In this document: one piece after another, positions 57,127 through 64,000 of the stretch
How positions within the stretch are numbered: position 1 is the first letter of the stretch
Layout of the letters: every line of letters begins with the position of its first letter
Assembly (NCBI RefSeq): GCF_009914755.1
Contig: NC_060947.1
Reading direction: 5' to 3' (one strand)
DNA length: 64,000 nt
DNA from: the human T2T-CHM13v2.0 reference genome, Homo sapiens
Notes under the pieces: model-generated
What the model was told of the DNA's origin: nothing
The model's input: the letters and a program-made list of their open reading frames with translations, nothing else
The model's database searches: none
Position numbers and translations under genes: made by a program

Positions 57127-60100
57127 TAAGACCTAATTATTGATAATGAGGACAGTATAGCATCTTACCACATAAATTTGTGGTGTGAGTTAAATGAGGT
57201 AACACATGTTAAATATCTGATCAAGTGCCTTCCATGTAGTAAGCACTCAGCATGGTAATGTAATTAGTGTTAGTATTGCTGCTGCTTCTGTTCCTCCACC
57301 ACATCATCATTCACACGATTTTGGAATAGCAAAACAACAGTATGTGGTATTCCAAGAAGACTGAAGCAAATAATTTGAGAAATCTTTTTTCTTATGGAAA
57401 AGTTCTCTAAGGATTGTGAAATATTTGAAACAGAAAATTTCAGTTACCTTGTATTCAAATATTTATTATCTTAAAGCCCAAAGCCTTCTAAATGCTAAAA
57501 CTCTACTGTGTATCAGATATGTCAGCAAGACAATATTCACATTAACAACAGGAAAATGAATCGGGACAAAATCTGCAGAAGTGCACATGAAAAATGGATG
57601 ACAGAAATTAGTTTCTAACCAAAAGGGAATGGCTTGATATGAAATTGGTAAGAAATTGTTTTCCCCATGACCTTGAAAGGTCATGAATAATTAAAATGCC
57701 ATTAAAGGTCTACATTTGTTGTGAATTCATGCATGTTTAGAGCATATGTATACTTAATCCTGGAACAATTTCTTATACCTCTTTAACTACTCCCACTCCT
57801 GCCATACTTAGTACCAGTGTCTTATACATAATGATAATGGACACTCATACACTGATTGATTCAGCTTATGGAGATTGGTAGCTTTTATTGGCCTTTGCAA
57901 AACTTACCTTCAAAAACTAAATTAATATATGCATTTTGTAGCTTATCAAGAATAAAACATTTTAATAGCTTTGATTCATAGATAAAATTTATAGAGGAAA
58001 TGATTTCTGTAATATGCATAAAGACATAATCTGTGATTTAATTTATTCTAATCAGAAAGTGAGATTTCCTAATAAATCTGCTTTTAACTATTCTGGTTAT
58101 TTCTAAACAATTCTGCCAATTTGTTACCTTTGCCCTCAAACTTTACTTTCTCTGTTTGAATGAAGTTGGCTGCCTTTTATGGTTTACAAAGCAATTGAAG
58201 ACATTCCCACAATGCCATATTACTTATTAGAATTTTTATGTGTGACAAGCCACTCTTTCTTCACTTTAGCACTTCTCAAAACTTACAGAATAATATTGGT
58301 TATCTTATGGGTCACAGAACAAATACCTATTGGACTCTGGAGGCCAGAACCCCTACTTTCAACTTGACTGCTAAGTATCTTAATGGTAAGACAGGCAGGT
58401 TGAGGCTTATAGGTTTAGGACATAAGATGTTAAAGCTGCAGGTGGCAGAGTGTTGAGAAATGACATTATTCTCTTTGTGTGTACATTTATTTGTCCTTTC
58501 TTAATGCTCCAAGGGCTGTAGGGTGAAGCATTGTAAAGATGTACCAGATCCCAGAAGGTTAGCAGTTAAACATTTTTCAGTTTGCAAATGCAACAAACCA
58601 TCTCCCATAGTGTATTTACTATTTCAAAAATTGACCCTCTAAAAAGAACATGCAATCCCTGGAATTCATGGAAAGACTGGGACCACTTTAATGAGATTCC
58701 CATAAAGTGAAAACTGTTTATTAAATGTTGCTAGGATGTTTTCTTGCTGGAAAGTAGTATTGTGTGTTCATATTATAAACATTAAATTTAAGGGCCAAGA
58801 TGGATTGCCTATGGAAGACTCTTGTAGTCTATCAGCAGTCCTCAGGTCACATTTTAAGAACTGAGAATAAGTGGAGAATGGCTCACTTGTACAACACTAT
58901 TGCCTGTGTAGCACCTCTGAAAGTCCTCCTACTACTCAGATTAATCAGCGCTGCCATATGGAATGTCATTGCCTTCCTTTCCCTCCAACCTGTTTTTTGT
59001 CCCTATAGTACCTGCTGCCAATAGAATCATAGATTCATACATACTAAAAAAAATCTTCACTTTTTAAAGCTAATTGTTAGAATCCTGCAGTTTTAGGGGA
59101 AAATCAGGTACACTATATTTAGAATACCCTCACCTTGATATTGCAGGAAGCAAAATTCTCAATTTTTTTTCAGTCCGCCAGTACTCAGTCTTCCCTCACT
59201 TGGGTCCTAAGACTGAAAGAGGAGAATCTAGATTTTAATACAGTTAATAATAATGATAACAAGGCCATGTGTTGGTATGATGATGAAAATATAAATCAAA
59301 ATGGTCTTTGATTTAAGTGATAAATACTACAGTGTCCAAGATTTGAGATTCCTTTGTTCCTTGAAGATAGAAACTATTCATTCTTGGTACCCTAATATTT
59401 AGCAGAGAGTTTTAAACATGATGACTGCTCAGAGGAAGTTTAAAAATGATTGTAACTTATAGGAATTAAACATTTTATCTACAGTAAAGAGTTTACAGGA
59501 TTTTCAGAAATCAGAGAAGGGCTTGACCTCAAATGTAAACCTGCTATTGGTATGAACTTCACTAATTTCCTAATTCAGACCCAAATGTTAATTTTCTTAG
59601 AGAATCATAAACCACACCAAAGTTAAAAACAAACAAACTTGTAAACAAATTCTAAACAAAATCCAACTTCTTTCATTAAAACTAGTAATTAAAGGAGAAT
59701 AAAATTGATATGCATTTACTCAAAGTTTTAGGAGCATTTACCTCTTCAAAAGAATTCATGGATCAACTGAAACTTAAACTTTTAAAGATTTTAAACCACT
59801 ATCTGTGTCACTTGCTTATCTGTTTGGTCTTGGTTTAGTATGAAACATGTCTCTGGTCTGAAATAAAAGACGATTGCATTTCAAAAAAGACCAATTTATA
59901 ACAAAAAACTCAAATCAGGATAATATGAATGAAGTGGTATTACACATAAAGACAAGAGCAGAAGTCAAGTTTTTCCCCAAAGGATCTGAAAATATCATCA
60001 AGAGTCAATGACCTCTCATTTAGCCTTTGAATAAGAAGAGTCATTCTTTAGCTAGACAGCTGGCTGGAAATAAATAAAAATGGGATTGCAAGTAAGATCA

Positions 60101-60544
60101 GATATTAATCTCTTTCCCATATTGCTGAGACTCTGAAACAGTAATATGGTACTAAATTTATACAGATAATGGCTTGATTGACCTACCCTATTCAGCTCTT
60201 CTTCCATTGAGGTTTTGTTCAAATAGCTTTTAAATTTATTTCTGATGAGGCTACTAGGGTGTATGCTATATTGCTAATATGTTTTTTCACCACCTTGAAT
60301 ACTACATCAACCCTAAAGAGTTCATTGTTCTAGCTGTTCTACTCAAATATCCATGGGTCTCTCTACTCATGGCCATTTATCTACCTATGAATTTTCTGGG
60401 TACAGGAAGACCAAGAGTAAAAGGAGACGATGAAGATTTTTAGTTTGCTGAAAGGGACATAAAACAACCTGAAAATGACACAGAAACACCTTTAATAGAG
60501 TGCTAAATTGTGTGCTAAAGCAAGGTCAGAGTGGAACAACAAGG

Positions 60545-60755
60545 TACAGTGGGAAGAGCAAAGGCTTTGTAATCTTACCGAACTTAGTTCACACCCATGC
60601 CCATCACATAATGTCTCTGAGTCTCACAGTCTCCTCATCTGCAGAAAGCACTTAATATAATGAGACTTACCTGACAGGATTTTTGTGTATCCAATGTGAA
60701 ACATACTAAAGTACTTAGTACAATCCCTGGATCCCAATTAATGGTAGGTGCTATG
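60545..60755 (+). mobile_element. MIR fragment
   Basis: 'tctctgagtctcacagtctcctcatctgcagaa...taaagtacttagtacaatccctgg'. Confidence 0.65.
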
Positions 60756-61693
60756 ATTATCACAGACAGATATGAGAGAATTGGCCATGAAGCTGTAATT
60801 TAGGGAAAACATAAATTATTTGATCTGGGTGAGAAAGTAATTTTTTCTAACTGGTATAAATGTAGCCACCTTTTCTATAATGAACATAATGGACTTCAGA
60901 AAACCATATCCTATTACTTGCCTGTTTGGCACAACATATGTAATATAGTTTAATGACTGTAACTTCAGGCATGAACCTAAAACTACTTGGAGGTAATATT
61001 GCTTTGCGTTGCAGTTTCAGTGAAGTGGACAGGCAGAATAGAGTTCAATTTTACAGTCTGACCTCTTAGTCATTACTTAAAGCCACCACAGAGCCATTTT
61101 TAATCTTTGCATTTTCCTCTTTGCAAGTAGTTTCTAAGACAGACAGCGTGTCATACTCTAACTAAATTTCAGATTTTAAAAAGGCATTTAGCTCTGTAAC
61201 TTCAGATGATAAAAATCCATTTAATGGAGAATGTTCTTTTGCTGTCTGCTTGGTCGATAAATTAAACAGATTAATTAAGTCAGGCTGTCAGGACCAAGGA
61301 CTGTCACTAATGTTAGCCTATGGAGCTGACCCATTTATCAGAGACTGAGGCTGAATAAAGGCAGTCTTTGTCCTGTAATTCTGTAATGAATACAAAGAAA
61401 TAGCTTATGGAGAGAAAATTCTGTCACCTGACTGTATCTCAAGGCAGAGTAGATGTGGTGGGAAGAAACCCTATCATTGTTATTTTCACTTACTTAATTG
61501 ATTTGCTTTTTCCCTATGTTTCTCTGTATCTACCTTTGTCCTTTGCATGTCATAGGAGGCTCCTTCTCAATTTGAAACATAATCAATAATGATTTCCTTT
61601 GCTTATCTGAATTGGAGCTATGTGTGACACAGTACACACCAAAGATGTATAAAACATCATCCTTACCTTCGTAGAACATGCACAGAAATAATA

Positions 61694-61921
61694 CAGGTTA
61701 AAGTATCCCTTATCTGAAGTGCTTGAGGTCAGAAGTGTAGATTTTTTTTTATTTTGGAATATTTGTATATACATAACCAGTTGAGCATCCCTAATTCAAA
61801 AATCTAACTCCAAAATACTCCAATGAGTATTTCCTTTTAGACTCATGTCAGCACTGAAAAAAATTTTTGGAATTTGGAGCATTTTAGATTTAGAATTTTA
61901 GGATTAGGGATGCTCAACTTG
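61694..61921. mobile_element. Tigger4a (Zombi/MER46)-type MITE
   Basis: TIRs caggttaaagtatccctta and tagggatgctcaacttg, with TA on both flanks. Confidence 0.85.
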
Positions 61922-62588
61922 TATATGACTACGAAATAAAGAATCTTGGTGGGGAACCAGACCAGCAAAGTGGAAAAAAGTTAGGTTAAATTGGAATCCA
62001 GGATTGTAATAATGTGATACCATTACCAACTTCATCAAGCACTTAAGACTTCCAGGTAGTCTTTCCAGAGGTCCTGATTCTTGGACCCTAGCTATCTTAC
62101 TCCTTTTCTTTACCCCTCCTTTGACTTTGTCCTTGGTGCATATGATCTGGCAAATATGAACTTGACTTCTGCCTAGTATTTTCCGCCATTACTCCCAGAG
62201 CCTTCCTATTAACTGTATTACCTGAATTTCTAAATTTAGAAAAACTTGCTAACCACTACCCCTTGATAGAATGCCAATGCAGATCAGATCAGTGGTCTGT
62301 ATGCCCAGCATTCTGACTGGAAAAGGTTCCAAAAATGCTTTATAAAAATTGTTTTTGTTGTCCTTTTTAGCATCAGTCTCATAAGGCTAAGGGGTGACCC
62401 TTTAAAAAGTCTACTTTTCTTTAACAATCCAATTATTTATCTGCTTACTAACAAATGTTTATTAAATGCCCACTATGTGGCCAGGCACATGCGAGCACTG
62501 GGGACATTAAATATGTAAATAAAATACATTCAGTGCCCTCAAAGAACTCCCTTTATAGTGGAAGACAGACATACTGAAAAATAAAATA

Positions 62589-62730
62589 TAGACTATCCTC
62601 AACTTATGAGGGTTCAAATTAGTATTTTTCAACTTTATGATAGTGTGAAAGCAATACACGCCTCTACTTATACTCCTCTACTTACTATGGAGTCAAGCCA
62701 TAACCCCATTGTAAATTGAGGAGTATCTGT
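62589..62730. mobile_element. MER47-type MITE fragment
   Basis: Similar to 20400-20520: 'ttttcaactttatgatagtgtgaaagcaatacac...taaccccattgtaaattgaggagtatctg'. Confidence 0.6.
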
Positions 62731-62765
62731 GTATATGGTGTGGTAGGTTCTATAAAACATATGTA

Positions 62766-63078
62766 TAGTCATCCTTTGATATCCATGAGGGATTGATTGA
62801 TTTGGTACCCTCGAGAGTACCAAAATCCACCGATGCTCAGGTCCCTTATGTAAAATTGCATAGTATTTGCATATAACCCATGTATATCTCCCTGTGTACT
62901 TTAAGTCATCTTGAGATTACTTTCAATACCTAATAAAATATAAATGCTATGTAAATGGCTGTTATACTGTGTTTATTCACGTTTTAAAATTGTTGTATTG
63001 TTATTTTTTCTAAATATTTTTTATCTGAGGTTGATTGAATCTGTGGATGCAGAATCCACAAATACAGAGGGTCAACTG
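62766..63078. mobile_element. MER2 (Tigger-type) MITE within an L2 fossil (~62440-63400)
   Basis: 'taccaaaatccaccgatgctcaggtcccttatgtaaaattgcatagtatttgcatataacc...gagggtcaactg', with TA flanks. Confidence 0.85.
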
Positions 63079-63440
63079 TAAAAGGTAAAGGGTAGTCAGA
63101 GAAAGGTTTTAAAAAGAGAAGTTTGAGCTGGGTCTAAAGGATAAATAGGAGTTTGTTAGGCAGACAAACGGAAGGGGGAGGCATTCTAGGCATAGAGCAG
63201 CCTACATAAACACCCAGTAGCATGAAATGACAAGGTACAATTTGAAAGTAGTTTGATGAGGCTGAAAAGGAGTCTAAGAAGGAGAAGTCTTAGGAGAAGT
63301 AAAAGATGTCCCTGAAAAGGCTGACATAGGCTTGAACATGGGGGTCCTTTTATGTCACATTAAAGATCTGAACTTCATTTTGAAGTATATTGCTGAGCTG
63401 CAGTTTATGAGCTTCTTGCCTTAAATAAGTCATTGGTTAC

Positions 63441-63847
63441 TGTTATGTGCTGAATTGTGTCCCATCCCCATCTTCCTCCCTCCCCTGCCCCCCATTCATA
63501 TGTTGAAGTCCTCATACCCAGTAACTCAGAATGTGACTGTATTTCTAGATCAAGCCTTCAAAGAAGTGATTAAGGTAAAATGTGGTCATTAGTGTGGGCC
63601 CTAATCTAGTTGGCCTGGTGTCCTTATAAGAAGAGAAGATTAGGACACAAACGCAGAAGACCATGTGAAAACATAGGAAAAAGACTTCTACCAACAAACC
63701 AAAAAAAGAAGCCCCTAGAAGAAACCAATCCTGTGGACACACTGATCTCAGATTTCTATCCTCCAGAGCTATGAGAAAATAATTTTCTGTTGATTAAGCC
63801 ACTCAGTTATCAGTACTTCGTTATGGTGACCCTAACAAATTAGTACG
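63441..63847 (+). mobile_element. MLT1B-type MaLR solo LTR
   Basis: 'tgttatgtgctgaattgtgtccc...cattcatatgttgaagtcct...tccttataagaagag...ccctaacaaattagtac'. TSD gttac/attac. Confidence 0.85.
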
Positions 63848-64000
63848 ATTACTAATAATATAGTTCCAAACTTTATAAATGTTACCTTTTAAAATAAATA
63901 AATAAAAACATTCAAGTTTATTCCTAAAATAATAACAGGGTGTTCATTTACTTAGAGTTTAATATGCTTCTTTGAGTATAAGAGAAATCGGTGATGCCAC

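Overview
This is a primate (human-like) genomic window that is AT-rich, CpG-depleted and dominated by repeats. I found no convincing protein-coding exon, and nearly every ORF in the track comes from L1, Alu or LTR sequence or is noise. Recognisable content includes a decayed processed pseudogene of RPL18A (about 5.0-5.7 kb), a MER85 piggyBac MITE, and a twin-primed (5'-inverted) L1PA3-type insertion. There are also two near-full-length, inactive minus-strand L1s (L1PA7-like at 22.4-30.7 kb and L1PA8-like at 37.9-45.0 kb), a two-LTR non-coding ERV1 provirus (46.5-53.7 kb) with several nested insertions, and many Alu, MIR, L2, MaLR and DNA-transposon fossils. The most interesting observation is a 1.2-kb non-L1 segment inside the L1PA7. 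It has a perfect 13-bp TSD, AATAAA and a short poly(A), and it carries repeats much older than its host, so it is probably an orphan 3' transduction or an unspliced retrocopy. Second, both old L1 5'UTRs keep an open, co-terminal ORF0-like antisense frame. Third, an MST LTR landed inside the proviral primer-binding site. The minus-strand bias of long elements suggests an intron of a + strand gene. Subfamily names come from recalled consensus sequences and were not verified by search.
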